Source: an uncultured archaeon (GTDB lineage: Archaea > Iainarchaeota > Iainarchaeia > Iainarchaeales > GCA-2688035). Taken from it: a DNA stretch of 44,734 nucleotides. Both the position numbers and the translations under genes were made by a program. The stretch covers positions 1 through 44,734 of the forward strand of contig CAZMUN010000005.1 of NCBI GenBank assembly GCA_964569815.1. The letters are read 5' to 3'. The notes beneath the pieces were generated by a model, which searched no databases, was not told the origin of the DNA, and was given only the letters and a program-made list of their open reading frames with translations. Shown here in pieces: positions 26,834-36,162 of this stretch (its first letter is position 1; every line of letters starts with the position of its first letter).

Positions 26834-27006
26834 TGACAAAAAGAAGGGTAAAAAAGATGATGCCTGAATTCAACAAGCCTGCTTTTAGGCAGGTTCCGCC
26901 AGGGCCAAAAAATGCCCGAAAGAGAAGTTTTTTTGGAAAAACAGGTGAAGAGATTCCTGTAAGAAAAAAGCAGCGCTCGAAAAGGAAAAGGAAGAAAAGA
27001 AAGTGA
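26833..27006 (+). CDS. 57-aa highly basic small protein (absent from the ORF track)
   Basis: GGAGGTG RBS and TAATG coupling; translates MTKRRVKKMMPEFNKPAFRQVPPGPKNARKRSFFGKTGEEIPVRKKQRSKRKRKKRK. Confidence 0.65.
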   Translation: MTKRRVKKMMPEFNKPAFRQVPPGPKNARKRSFFGKTGEEIPVRKKQRSKRKRKKRK

Positions 27007-27098
27007 ATTCGACAAAAACCTTAAAAATCGAAAAAACCCAAAGACGATTGACGAAAGCCTTTTAAAACGGTTTTGCCTAATTTTTGTGGGATTTTTTA

Positions 27099-27809
27099 AT
27101 GAAACAACTAGCCACAACCATAGCAGGGGAAATCTGCATGAGCAAGGACCCCGGCGGAAGCATGAAAAAATGGCGCGAAATATTTGGGGTATCGCAAACA
27201 GAGCTAGCAGACTGCCTCAAAATAACAAGCAGCACTATCTCGGATTACGAGGGCGGAAGAAGAAAAAGCCCTGGCATAGGCGTAATAGCAAGATTTGTTG
27301 AAACACTGATAGGAATAGACAACGCCAGGGGAGGCAAGGTAGTAAAACAGCTTGAAAAAGACTTTGAGCCAAAATCCGAAGTGTTTGACTCCCATGAGTT
27401 CTATGCAGCCGTAAAAGGGCTCGAATTCATGAAAAAGATTACAGGAACCTGTGTGGCAAACCCGTCGCGTTTGAAAGAAACCCAGATATACGGCTATACC
27501 CTTATAGACAGCATGAAAGTCATTCTGGACGTGCCAGTGCACGAGTACATGAAAATCTACGGCAACACGCCTGAGCGCGCGCTGATATTCAGGTTTGTTG
27601 AAAATGGAAGGAGCCCAATGATTGCAGTTAAGATTGGCAGGTTTTCCACGGACATGAAGCCTGCAATGGTCGTGCTTCATGGAAAAGTAAATGAAAAAAA
27701 CGTGGACCCTGTTGCAATCAAAATAGCCGAATCGGAAAAAATTCCCCTCATTGTCACCCAGAAAAGCGTTGAAGAAATCAGGGCCGAATTGAAAAAGTTT
27801 GAAAGCTAG
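27099..27809 (+). CDS. Conserved archaeal XRE-HTH transcriptional regulator (COG1709-like)
   Basis: IAGEI.MS..PG..MKKWRE.F...Q, ISDYEGGRRKSPG, RALIF and GRSPMIA. Confidence 0.9.
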   Translation: MKQLATTIAGEICMSKDPGGSMKKWREIFGVSQTELADCLKITSSTISDYEGGRRKSPGIGVIARFVETLIGIDNARGGKVVKQLEKDFEPKSEVFDSHEFYAAVKGLEFMKKITGTCVANPSRLKETQIYGYTLIDSMKVILDVPVHEYMKIYGNTPERALIFRFVENGRSPMIAVKIGRFSTDMKPAMVVLHGKVNEKNVDPVAIKIAESEKIPLIVTQKSVEEIRAELKKFES

Positions 27810-28486
27810 ACCCTTACAGAAAAAGTGTACCTTACCCTGTTTCTCTTCAAAGACTTTTTGGAAACCTTTGTTTCGGCACCAAACTTTTTTCCAAGAAATT
27901 TGACACCGTTCTTTGCAGACTTCCTGCTTCCAACCTTTAAGTCAAAGCCGTTCTTCTCTTCGGAAACCAGGGTTACGGCTGCAAGCCCGTCTTTTTTTGC
28001 TTGGGCGTTAACAGAATCCATAAATGCTTCAGCAGCCCTTTCAGCAAGCTTAGGGTTTTCACTCCTTATTTGGACAATGGCTTCATGGTATTGGCTTGAA
28101 AGGCGCATGCATGCATCGCACTGCACAAAAACAGGCTCCAATGGAACGGTTTTTTCCAAGGCAATCGGAACATTTTCCACAAAGCCTTTTACAAAAAAGT
28201 TGGCAGAAAAGCCTTCCCTGCCTTCCAAAACCTCTGCTTGAACAACGGCCTTTTCAAGCTCTTTCACTTTAACGGATTTTTCGGCAACAGAGGCAAGAGC
28301 CTCTTTTTGAAGCGGCACAAACTTTCCCCGAAACCTTATTTTTTCACAGCCGGTGCACTGCTCGAAGGAAATCTTTTCAGGAAACTCAACCAGAGAATGC
28401 TTTTTTTGAAAGCATTCAAGGCAAAGCCCTTTCACGAAACGCGCGTCGGTTTTCCCGCACAAAGGGCAAAAGTTTTCATCCTTCAT
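27806..28486 (-). CDS. nmd3: Archaeal Nmd3-like ribosome biogenesis protein
   Basis: Four CxxC pairs followed by Y.EAIVQIR. Confidence 0.85.
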   Translation of the reverse strand: MKDENFCPLCGKTDARFVKGLCLECFQKKHSLVEFPEKISFEQCTGCEKIRFRGKFVPLQKEALASVAEKSVKVKELEKAVVQAEVLEGREGFSANFFVKGFVENVPIALEKTVPLEPVFVQCDACMRLSSQYHEAIVQIRSENPKLAERAAEAFMDSVNAQAKKDGLAAVTLVSEEKNGFDLKVGSRKSAKNGVKFLGKKFGAETKVSKKSLKRNRVRYTFSVRV

Positions 28487-28521
28487 AGAACAAGTTAAGG
28501 GTAAAAAGGAATTTAAAAGCC

Positions 28522-29352
28522 CTATTTCCCCAGGAAGACGCCTTTTTCAAAACCAAAGTAAAACACTGCATTTAGAACGTACTGGTAGGTGGCAAGCACT
28601 GCAACCAAAAGCCTTGCTGCAATAACAAGCACGAAGAACAAAAGGGTTAAGTGAAGCTGGTCAGAGGGGTTTGTTAACACCATTTGCCCTGAAAAAAGGT
28701 AGCTCAAAGCGCTTGCGAGAAACGAAACAATGAGGGCTTTTAGGACTTCTTTTTTGTGCTTGAAAGAAAGGATGACTGTTTTTTTAAGGGTCTTTGAAAA
28801 GTTCAGCTGCTCGGTGCTGCTTACAGGGTAAATCAGGTAAAAGAATAAAAGCAGGGCAAACAGGGCAAGGCCTGCTAGGGCAATTGAAACATAGAACAGG
28901 AAATCGCTTTCAAGAAGCAGGGCCGAAGCCATGAGGAAAAGGAATGGAAGCATTACCGCAAACAAGAGGATTGAAAAAATCAAGAGCGAAGTGAAGATGG
29001 TTCCAAATTTTTTGATAACGGTGACAAAGGCTTTTCTGAAATCTATTTTTTTTTCCTTGTAGTACTGTTTTACCATAACAGGGTACATTGGGTTAACCAA
29101 AAAAGAGTCCACGAAGTAAACAATAAACGTGTATATCAGGAGAAAGGCAAGCTGCAAAACCATGCCCATCAGCTCGGCCGAAGTGCGCTCTGCCACAAGG
29201 GCTGGCGAAAAAACGTTGTAGCTGATTATGTAAATCGTGCTGAGGATTATTATAGGCATGAACAGGAACGCGACCAGTATTTTTGGAATAAAAAAGCGGG
29301 GGCATCTTTTAAGCAGAACGAAGCTGTCTACAACTACTCGCACAAAGCCCAT
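28522..29352 (-). CDS. Multi-pass membrane protein
   Basis: About 6-7 hydrophobic helices. Confidence 0.75.
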   Translation of the reverse strand: MGFVRVVVDSFVLLKRCPRFFIPKILVAFLFMPIIILSTIYIISYNVFSPALVAERTSAELMGMVLQLAFLLIYTFIVYFVDSFLVNPMYPVMVKQYYKEKKIDFRKAFVTVIKKFGTIFTSLLIFSILLFAVMLPFLFLMASALLLESDFLFYVSIALAGLALFALLLFFYLIYPVSSTEQLNFSKTLKKTVILSFKHKKEVLKALIVSFLASALSYLFSGQMVLTNPSDQLHLTLLFFVLVIAARLLVAVLATYQYVLNAVFYFGFEKGVFLGK

Positions 29353-29356
29353 TTTT

Positions 29357-30631
29357 TCAACTCAGGGAAATTTTTTTTCCTGCTTCAGGAACCAGGGTTT
29401 CGATTCCGGTGTCCTGGTAAATCTTTTGCTTGAACAACCCTATCACCTCTTTGTCGCCGTGCACCAGCAAAACCTTTTCCGGCTGCCAGTGCGAAATGGC
29501 TTTCATCATTTCCTGTTGGGAGGCATGTGCTGAAAAGTCAAACTTTTCAACCTTGCCCTTTACTTCATATAACTTGCCGTCAATGTTTATTTTATTGGTT
29601 TCCATTAGGGTTCTTCCAGGCGTTCCCTCAACCTGAAACCCTGTTAGGAAAACGTTGTTTCTTTCGTCCTTGTAAAGCTTTTTCAAATAGTTTAATGCCG
29701 GGCCGCCTTGAAGCATTCCTGCCGTAGTAACTATGACGCCTGGCTTGGCCATGGCTTTTTTCCTGTCAGCGTTGTTCCTAATCCAAACGGTTTTTTCAAG
29801 CGCTTTTTTCAAAGAACGGGGGTTTTTCAGAAACTGCGGAAACTTTAGGGTAGTGCGTGCAGCCTTTTGCCCCATTCCATCAAGGTATACTGGCACATTT
29901 ATTTTGTGCTCGTGCAGCACGTCAACTATTTCCTGGCTTCGGCCTACGGCAAAAGACGGAACCAAGGCTGTGCCGCCACGGTCAACGGTTTCCCGAACTT
30001 CCTCTATGAAAAGGTCCTCGCATTCCTTTCTTTCAGGGTGGTTTCTGTCACCATACGTGGACTCGATAACCAAATAGTCCACGTTCCCTGTTTTCAGGTC
30101 GGCGCCCTTGAAAAGCCTTGTTTCATCTACCTTGAAGTCTCCAGTGTAAAGCAGTGTTTTGTCTTGAATGTTAAGCTTGGGCATGGCGCTTCCCAAAATA
30201 TGGCCTGCGTCAAAAAACTTCATGGAACAGTTTGGTGAAATCTGCAAAAGGCGCTTGTAGTCAACTGGAAAAGTGTACTTTGCAGCGTCTTCAACCTCGC
30301 CTTTGGAAAAAGAAATGTTTTCCCCTTCAAGGCCGGCAATCTTCAAGGTGTCAAACCACAGGATTTTGCTTATGTCAAGGGTTGGAGCAGTCATATAGCT
30401 AAGAATGTTTGATTTCACAAAAAGGTCTGGTAAAGCGCCAGAATGGTCCAGGTGGGCATGGCTTATCACCACTGCGTCAAGGTTTGTTTCAATCGGCAGC
30501 GGGTACTCTGAACCGTCGGGCGTAAGTTTTACGCCACGGTCAAGGACAACTTTTTCGCCAAAATCCAGCAGAAAACTGCTTCTTCCGACTTCGTTGCAGC
30601 CTCCAAGGGCTGTAAAGGAAATTCCACTCAT
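29357..30631 (-). CDS. Beta-CASP ribonuclease (archaeal CPSF-like, no N-terminal KH domains)
   Basis: LGG..EVGRS, SHAHLDHSG, AGHILGS, YTGD, ESTYG, FAVGRSQE, FSAH and HG. Confidence 0.93.
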   Translation of the reverse strand: MSGISFTALGGCNEVGRSSFLLDFGEKVVLDRGVKLTPDGSEYPLPIETNLDAVVISHAHLDHSGALPDLFVKSNILSYMTAPTLDISKILWFDTLKIAGLEGENISFSKGEVEDAAKYTFPVDYKRLLQISPNCSMKFFDAGHILGSAMPKLNIQDKTLLYTGDFKVDETRLFKGADLKTGNVDYLVIESTYGDRNHPERKECEDLFIEEVRETVDRGGTALVPSFAVGRSQEIVDVLHEHKINVPVYLDGMGQKAARTTLKFPQFLKNPRSLKKALEKTVWIRNNADRKKAMAKPGVIVTTAGMLQGGPALNYLKKLYKDERNNVFLTGFQVEGTPGRTLMETNKINIDGKLYEVKGKVEKFDFSAHASQQEMMKAISHWQPEKVLLVHGDKEVIGLFKQKIYQDTGIETLVPEAGKKISLS

Positions 30632-30650
30632 TTCAAATCAGCTTAACTTG

Positions 30651-30836
30651 CTATTCCTTTACCACAATAGCTTTTACCGGGCAGCTTGCTTCACAGGCCC
30701 TGCATTGAATGCAGTCTTCAGGCCTTTTTACAACGCTTTTTCCGTTTTCTATTTCAAACACGTTCACAGGGCACACTTCCTTGCAGGTGCCGCATCCTGT
30801 GCATTTTTCTTTGTCAACATAGGGTCTTTCAGCCAA
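30651..30836 (-). CDS. 2x[4Fe-4S] ferredoxin
   Basis: CTGCGTC...CP and CIQCRAC...CP. Confidence 0.93.
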   Translation of the reverse strand: MAERPYVDKEKCTGCGTCKEVCPVNVFEIENGKSVVKRPEDCIQCRACEASCPVKAIVVKE

Positions 30837-30842
30837 AGTGGG

Positions 30843-31064
30843 TCACCTCTTTTTGTTTTCAGCTGCTTTGTTCATTTCGGCAAGCATTTTTTCCAATTCT
30901 TCTTCTTTCATGCCATGGGTTTTGGCACCCTGCTCAATTGTCTCAAAGGCCGCAACATGGCAGCCAACGCAGTGAAGCCCGTAGTTTAGCATTATCTCCA
31001 CTGTTTCAGGGAACTTTGAGACAACCTCGCCAAGCGCCATGTCTTTTGAAATCTTTTCAGGCAT
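30843..31064 (-). CDS. DUF1858-family small protein
   Basis: I.KDM...EVV...PE and GLHC.GC..A..ETIEQGA..HG. Confidence 0.87.
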   Translation of the reverse strand: MPEKISKDMALGEVVSKFPETVEIMLNYGLHCVGCHVAAFETIEQGAKTHGMKEEELEKMLAEMNKAAENKKR

Positions 31065-31092
31065 AATTATGAAAACAATGATAAAAGGCTTT

Positions 31093-31794
31093 TTAAATGC
31101 CCCTTACCTCTACGGAATTGATTGAAGGGCCAAGGATTTTAGCAAACTCTTCTAGTTTTTTTTGCGGAAAAGGCTTTTTTAAGGCAAGCTTTTTGTCAAC
31201 GAGGTCTGCTTCTGGATTGAACTGCTGCAAAAAGAACTTTTTGCTTCCCTTAAGCCATTCACCGATTGCCTCAAAGTCTTCTCGGGAGTGAATTCCTGGC
31301 ACAACAGTCATCCTGAACTCGTAGTCAGGAGAAAGGCTTTGAATCAAGGAAACGCTTTTTTTTATGTCGTCAAGTCTGACCTTGGTTCCCGCTGCCTTTG
31401 CATAGTTTTTTGGCGAAGCCTTGATGTCCATGGCAACAAAGTCCACGGCCCTTTCTTTTAAAAGCCTTTTCAAGAGCCCTGGCTTTGAGCCATTGGTGTC
31501 AACTTTTACCAAAAGGCCTTTTTCTTTTGCTTTTTTGCAGAATTCCAAAAGGCCTTCATGCAGCAAAGGTTCGCCGCCTGTTATGCAGATGCCGTCCAAA
31601 AAGCTTTTTCTTTCTTCAAGAAAAGCCAGGGCCTCTTTTTCCGGAACCGAAACGCCGGTTTCCTCCTGAAAAACAAGGCTTTTGTTGTAGCAGAAAGGGC
31701 ATCGGAAATTGCATTTTGGCAGGAAAAGGGTGCAAGCCACTTTTTCAGGGAAGTCAATCAAAGTGGTTTTCTGGATTCCTTTAAAAACAAGCAA
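31093..31794 (-). CDS. nrdG: Anaerobic ribonucleotide reductase activase (radical SAM)
   Basis: CNFRCPFC.N, ITGGEP, DTNGS and AMDIK; adjacent to nrdD. Confidence 0.95.
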   Translation of the reverse strand: MLVFKGIQKTTLIDFPEKVACTLFLPKCNFRCPFCYNKSLVFQEETGVSVPEKEALAFLEERKSFLDGICITGGEPLLHEGLLEFCKKAKEKGLLVKVDTNGSKPGLLKRLLKERAVDFVAMDIKASPKNYAKAAGTKVRLDDIKKSVSLIQSLSPDYEFRMTVVPGIHSREDFEAIGEWLKGSKKFFLQQFNPEADLVDKKLALKKPFPQKKLEEFAKILGPSINSVEVRGI

Positions 31795-31816
31795 GGGAAA
31801 ACACCTTTTTTTTCCC

Positions 31817-31963
31817 TTACTGGATTTTCTTCAAGGCCTTTTTTGGGTCAAAGGTTTTCCTGTCCTTGAATTCTTCCTGTTTGCCTGCATTCCAGTTCTG
31901 GACAGGCCTCAAATAGCCGACAACCCGACTGTATACTTCGCATTTTTCTTCACATTTTGGCAT
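31817..31963 (-). CDS. nrdD: Separately encoded NrdD C-terminal glycyl-radical peptide (48 aa)
   Basis: MPKCEEKCEVYSRVVGYLRPVQNWNAGKQEEF; own GGAGGT RBS; overlaps the nrdD stop. Confidence 0.88.
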   Translation of the reverse strand: MPKCEEKCEVYSRVVGYLRPVQNWNAGKQEEFKDRKTFDPKKALKKIQ

Positions 31964-34900
31964 TTGCAGCAACCTCCTTTGCTTTTTCCTTTTCCTGAAC
32001 CTCAACAGGGCAGTTGAAGTGCTTGCCCCTTACATAGCCGTGAACAGGGCATATGCTGAAAGTAGGCGTAATAGTGTAGTAAGGGAGCTTGAACCCATAA
32101 GCTATTTTTTTTACAAGGCTTGCGCAAGCTTCCCCTGAATCCATGGATTCTCCTATGAAGCCGTGCAGAACCGTGCCTCCAGTGTACTTGCATTGCAGTT
32201 CGTCCTGGTGCTGTAAAACATCAAAGAGGTCGTCGCTGTGGTCAACAGGAAGCTGTGTTGAATTCGTGTAGTATGGAACGTTTTTTCCAGAGGCCTTGAT
32301 TTCAGGGTAGTTCTTTCTGTCAATTCTTGCAAGCCTGTAGCTTGTGCCCTCGGCAGGCGTGGCCTCAAGGTTGTATATGTGGCCTGTTTCCTCCTGAAAG
32401 TCTTTAAGCCGGTCCCTGAAAAAGTCAAGGGTTTTCAATGAAAAAGCCTTTCCTTCGCTTGTTGAAATGGTTTCGTCCAAAAAGTTCATCAGGCATTCGT
32501 TCATTCCCACCAAGCCAATTGTTGAAAAATGGTTTTCCAAGCTGCCAAGGTAGCGCTTGCTCCAAGGCAAAAGCCCCTGGTTCATGTTCCTGTTCACTTC
32601 CTTTCTTTTTATCTCCAAGCTTTCCTTTGCAAGGTAAAGCAGTGTATCAAGCCTTTCAAAAAAGTCTGATTCGTCGCGAGACAGGTAGCCAAGCTTTGGC
32701 ATATTCATTGTTACAACGCCAATGCTTCCGGTCTTTTCCCCTGACCCAAAAAGGCCGCCTGTCTTCTGCTTCAATTCCTTGACGTTAAGCTGGAGCCTGC
32801 AGCACATGCTTCTTACATCACTTGGCTTAAGGCTGCTGTTGACAAAATTCTGAAAATAGGGAATTCCGTAGCGTGCAGTCATTTCAAACAAAAGCTGGGC
32901 CATCTCAGAGTCCCAGTCAAAGTCTTTGGTGATGTTGTAGGTTGGAATCGGAAAAGTGAAAACGCGGTTGTTTGAATCGCCTTCACCCATGACCTCAATA
33001 AAGGCCTTGTTTATCAAAGCCATTTCTTCCTGAAAGTCGCCATAAAGCTGGTCTGACTCCTTTCCGCCAACAAGCGCTGGAGCCTCCTTCATGTCTTCCG
33101 GAACCACCAAGTCCATTGTAAGGTTTGTGAAAGGAACCTGGTTTCCCCACCTGCTTGTAGCATTAATTGCAAAAATGAATTCCTGCAGGCTTTGTTTGAC
33201 GCGCTTGTAGTCAAGCTTGTCGTTCCTAACAAGGGGGGCAAGGTAAGTGTCAAAGGAACTGAAGGCCTGGGCTCCAGCCCACTCGTTCTGCAAGGTCCCC
33301 ATAAAGTTAACCACCTGGCCCAAAGCAGCGTTGAAGTGCTTTGCAGGCTTTGCTGCAACTCTCCCTGGAACGCCGCCAAACCCCATTTCAAGAAGCTGCC
33401 TCAAAGACCAGCCGGCGCAATTGTGGGCAAGCATTCCGTTGCAGACAAAGGCATTGGAAGAGGTTGTTATGTCAAAAACTGTGGCAGCGTCATTTTCAAC
33501 GGTTTCAATCTTTCTAAGGCAGGCGTGTTTTTTGAGTTTCGCCTCCTTTTTTGAGAATTTGAATTCGTTTGTGCTTATTTTGGTTGATTGAAGGAAAAGG
33601 CCTGCTTTTGATTCAGGAATATAGATGGAGAGCGCATAAAGCTGTTTGTTAGAGCGGATCAGGTTGCCTTTGTATTCTCTGTCTCCAAAGGAGTCAATTG
33701 TTGAAAGCGATGAATTTATGCCCTGTGAATGCAGCCAGAACTGTATCTGGCCCAGCAGGGTTTTTGAGGTCACCCTAATAACGGCCCTTGAAACCCATTG
33801 GTCGTCGTTTCTTACCGTGCCGTCACCATCTATCACGCCAGAAACCATTCCGCCAATGCATTCACAGGAATAATTAAGGAATTCAGGCGGAAGGTTTTTG
33901 TTTTCAGAGTGGGAGCGTATCTGGCTGAATAATGTTTGCATTTCCAAGGGCAACTGGTTCAAGTCAAGGGTAATGACTAAAATTCCGTCCATTGCCTGCT
34001 TCATCAGAACGTTTCCAATGTCAATAGCCTCCCATGTGTTAGCCTGCCTGTTTCTCAAAGCCGTGGAAAAGCCTGTAGCTTTTTGTTCAAGGTATGCCAG
34101 CAGCTTTTGGGTTTCCATGCTGCCAGGGCTTAATTCAAACTGCAGGTAACGGCCCTCCTTGAAATAGCCTTCAGCGGCAAAAAAGCCTATGAACCAGCCG
34201 TCTTCGCCGCTCAATGAAGTGTTTTCGCCTGGTTTCAGTGAAAAGGCAGGCGTTATTGCGTAATTGGCTGTAGAGAGCTTCCCTGCTTCAATTTCATTTC
34301 TTTGGCCAACAATCGCTTCAACAGGCTTTTTGAAAGTGTTTTCGCACTGCCTGCACTTGTAAAGGTCAAATCCGCGCAGGTTGCTTCTGTTCTTGAAAAC
34401 CTTTTGGCTTTGGCAGGCAGGGCATTCAAAAAGCTTTCTTTCCTGCTTAAGGGTTATGAAAGGATGGTCAGCAGTAACAATAAGATTGCGGCCGTTTGAT
34501 GAGTTCAGCGAAACCAATGGCTTTTCTGTTTTGTGCCTAAGCACCCTGAGCACGCCAGTCCAGCCATTTTCATCCAGGACCTCAAATTCGTTTGTGTGTT
34601 TCAATTCAAAGCCGTTCTCTTCCCTTAGCTCCGAGTCCACAAGGTCAAACAATTGCTCTAAAGCAAGACAAAGAAGCTTGCCGGAGCGTTTTTCCCTGAC
34701 CACAATTGTTTCATTTCTGTAAAAGGAATATCCTGAAAAAACGCCGTTTCCCAGGTCGTGTATGTGGAAATCCGCGTTCCTGTGGGCGTTTGCAATCTCT
34801 CCAGGGTAAATGTTTTTCAAAGCGTATTCTGCAATTATTGCACCGCTTACATGGGCTTGCAATCCAGACAAAGAGTAAGAAGCATTGCTGTTCTCGGAAA

Positions 34901-35267
34901 CACGCCAGTCCTCTATCTTAACATAGTCATCAATTATTCCGCTTATTTTGCCTAAGAAGGCCTTTGAATCCCGCAATTCTGCACGCTTCTGCCTGTAAAT
35001 TATGTAGGCCTTGGCGGTTTTTGCATGCCCTGACTCAATAAGCTCTTTTTCAACGGCATCCTGTATGTCTTCAACGCTTGGCGGGTTTGTTCCAAACTTC
35101 ATTTTAAGCCTGTGGACAACCTTTTCAGTCAATTCGGCTGCAAGCTTTCTGTCCTGGCCGCCAACAGACTTTGCCGCAGCAAAAACAGCGTCCTCAATCC
35201 TTTTTTCGCTGAAGGGAACCAGGGAACCGTCCCTTTTTCGAACATTTTCCAAAAACTTTTTTACCAT
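31950..35267 (-). CDS. nrdD: Class III ribonucleoside-triphosphate reductase with ATP-cone and intein, lacking the Gly-radical tail
   Basis: KRDG ATP-cone, HIHDL, SMCCRL, EATPAEG.SYRLA, YYTNS, YTGGTV.H and CPVH. Confidence 0.95.
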   Translation of the reverse strand: MVKKFLENVRKRDGSLVPFSEKRIEDAVFAAAKSVGGQDRKLAAELTEKVVHRLKMKFGTNPPSVEDIQDAVEKELIESGHAKTAKAYIIYRQKRAELRDSKAFLGKISGIIDDYVKIEDWRVSENSNASYSLSGLQAHVSGAIIAEYALKNIYPGEIANAHRNADFHIHDLGNGVFSGYSFYRNETIVVREKRSGKLLCLALEQLFDLVDSELREENGFELKHTNEFEVLDENGWTGVLRVLRHKTEKPLVSLNSSNGRNLIVTADHPFITLKQERKLFECPACQSQKVFKNRSNLRGFDLYKCRQCENTFKKPVEAIVGQRNEIEAGKLSTANYAITPAFSLKPGENTSLSGEDGWFIGFFAAEGYFKEGRYLQFELSPGSMETQKLLAYLEQKATGFSTALRNRQANTWEAIDIGNVLMKQAMDGILVITLDLNQLPLEMQTLFSQIRSHSENKNLPPEFLNYSCECIGGMVSGVIDGDGTVRNDDQWVSRAVIRVTSKTLLGQIQFWLHSQGINSSLSTIDSFGDREYKGNLIRSNKQLYALSIYIPESKAGLFLQSTKISTNEFKFSKKEAKLKKHACLRKIETVENDAATVFDITTSSNAFVCNGMLAHNCAGWSLRQLLEMGFGGVPGRVAAKPAKHFNAALGQVVNFMGTLQNEWAGAQAFSSFDTYLAPLVRNDKLDYKRVKQSLQEFIFAINATSRWGNQVPFTNLTMDLVVPEDMKEAPALVGGKESDQLYGDFQEEMALINKAFIEVMGEGDSNNRVFTFPIPTYNITKDFDWDSEMAQLLFEMTARYGIPYFQNFVNSSLKPSDVRSMCCRLQLNVKELKQKTGGLFGSGEKTGSIGVVTMNMPKLGYLSRDESDFFERLDTLLYLAKESLEIKRKEVNRNMNQGLLPWSKRYLGSLENHFSTIGLVGMNECLMNFLDETISTSEGKAFSLKTLDFFRDRLKDFQEETGHIYNLEATPAEGTSYRLARIDRKNYPEIKASGKNVPYYTNSTQLPVDHSDDLFDVLQHQDELQCKYTGGTVLHGFIGESMDSGEACASLVKKIAYGFKLPYYTITPTFSICPVHGYVRGKHFNCPVEVQEKEKAKEVAANAKM
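33420..34727 (-). mobile_element. 436-aa intein with LAGLIDADG endonuclease and zinc ribbon
   Basis: GY|SFYRNETI...VTADHP...IGFFAAEG...VIDGDG...VFDIT...AHN|CAGWS; excision restores GY-CAGWS. Confidence 0.93.
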
Positions 35268-35523
35268 TGCATACCAACTCCAGATTCTAAAAGCGCTTTT
35301 GAGGATTTTTTAGGAAAACAAACCCAAGGAAAAGAAGAAAGTGGCTTTTCATTTATAAATGTAGATTATAGTAAACTTTATATTAGCTAAATTAATTTTG
35401 GCCGTGAAAAAACTTCGCTTTCTAAACCAAGCGCAGAAAAAAAGCAGCACACGGTTAGTTTTCTTGATTCAGAAACCAAGGCTTGCTTTGAAATCCTTTC
35501 AAAGGCCGTGTAAAGAAAAAAAC

Positions 35524-35814
35524 TCACCTGCTTTTGACAGCAGCCTGTTTTGAATAAAACAGCTTGCACTTGCAGTGCCCGTCCCGCGTTATTTCATCAA
35601 GATGCCAGATGCACGGGCAAACCTTTTTGTCATCTTCAGCAGGCTTGCCGACAAGCGGCCTGCAGGGGCAGTAAAACTTTCCCTTCTCAGACTTGTTTCT
35701 TGCCAAGCCCTTTAGGACGGCCGAAAGCAGTTTTTGGTCAGGGTTTAAGACAAGGCCCTTGCTTTCAGCATACTCAAGGCTTTGTTTCCTGATTGTTTGC
35801 TCTAATTCAGTCAA
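35524..35814 (-). CDS. Ferredoxin:thioredoxin reductase catalytic subunit-like protein
   Basis: YCPCR...VCPC...GHCKCKLF. Confidence 0.9.
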   Translation of the reverse strand: MTELEQTIRKQSLEYAESKGLVLNPDQKLLSAVLKGLARNKSEKGKFYCPCRPLVGKPAEDDKKVCPCIWHLDEITRDGHCKCKLFYSKQAAVKSR

Positions 35815-35827
35815 GAAAAAGCCCCCC

Positions 35828-36061
35828 TTACAAGCCTAAAGCCTGCCTTATTGCCGGCTCGTTGAAGCCAACAACGATTTTGCCGTCAATGTCTAGTACC
35901 GGGACTCCGCCTTGCTTTGACTTCTGCATCATTTCCTTCAAGGCCTCTGAATCCTGGCTAACGTCCTTGTGCTCAAATTTCACGTTGTTCTGCTTAAGGA
36001 AGTCCATAGCCATTGTGCAAAACGGGCAGGTTTCCGTGCTGTATACGATTACCTTTGCCAT
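35828..36061 (-). CDS. Glutaredoxin-like NrdH redoxin
   Basis: VYST..CPFC, GVPV..I and GF. Confidence 0.9.
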   Translation of the reverse strand: MAKVIVYSTETCPFCTMAMDFLKQNNVKFEHKDVSQDSEALKEMMQKSKQGGVPVLDIDGKIVVGFNEPAIRQALGL

Positions 36062-36162
36062 TTTTCTACCACCTAAACAAGAGTTGATTGCAAAGCCTTT
36101 AATTGCTTTGCCAAAACCCCTTGTTTAAAAAAAGAAACTTGAAGAAATAAAAAAAGAAACAA

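Noticed and set aside
31950-35267. nrdD as a pseudogene
   Set aside because: The missing C-terminus is encoded intact next door with its own RBS, and the catalytic motifs are present.
35387-35569. 60-aa ORF between the FTR-like gene and nrdD
   Set aside because: It overlaps the FTR-like gene, has no motif, and the region looks like promoter sequence.
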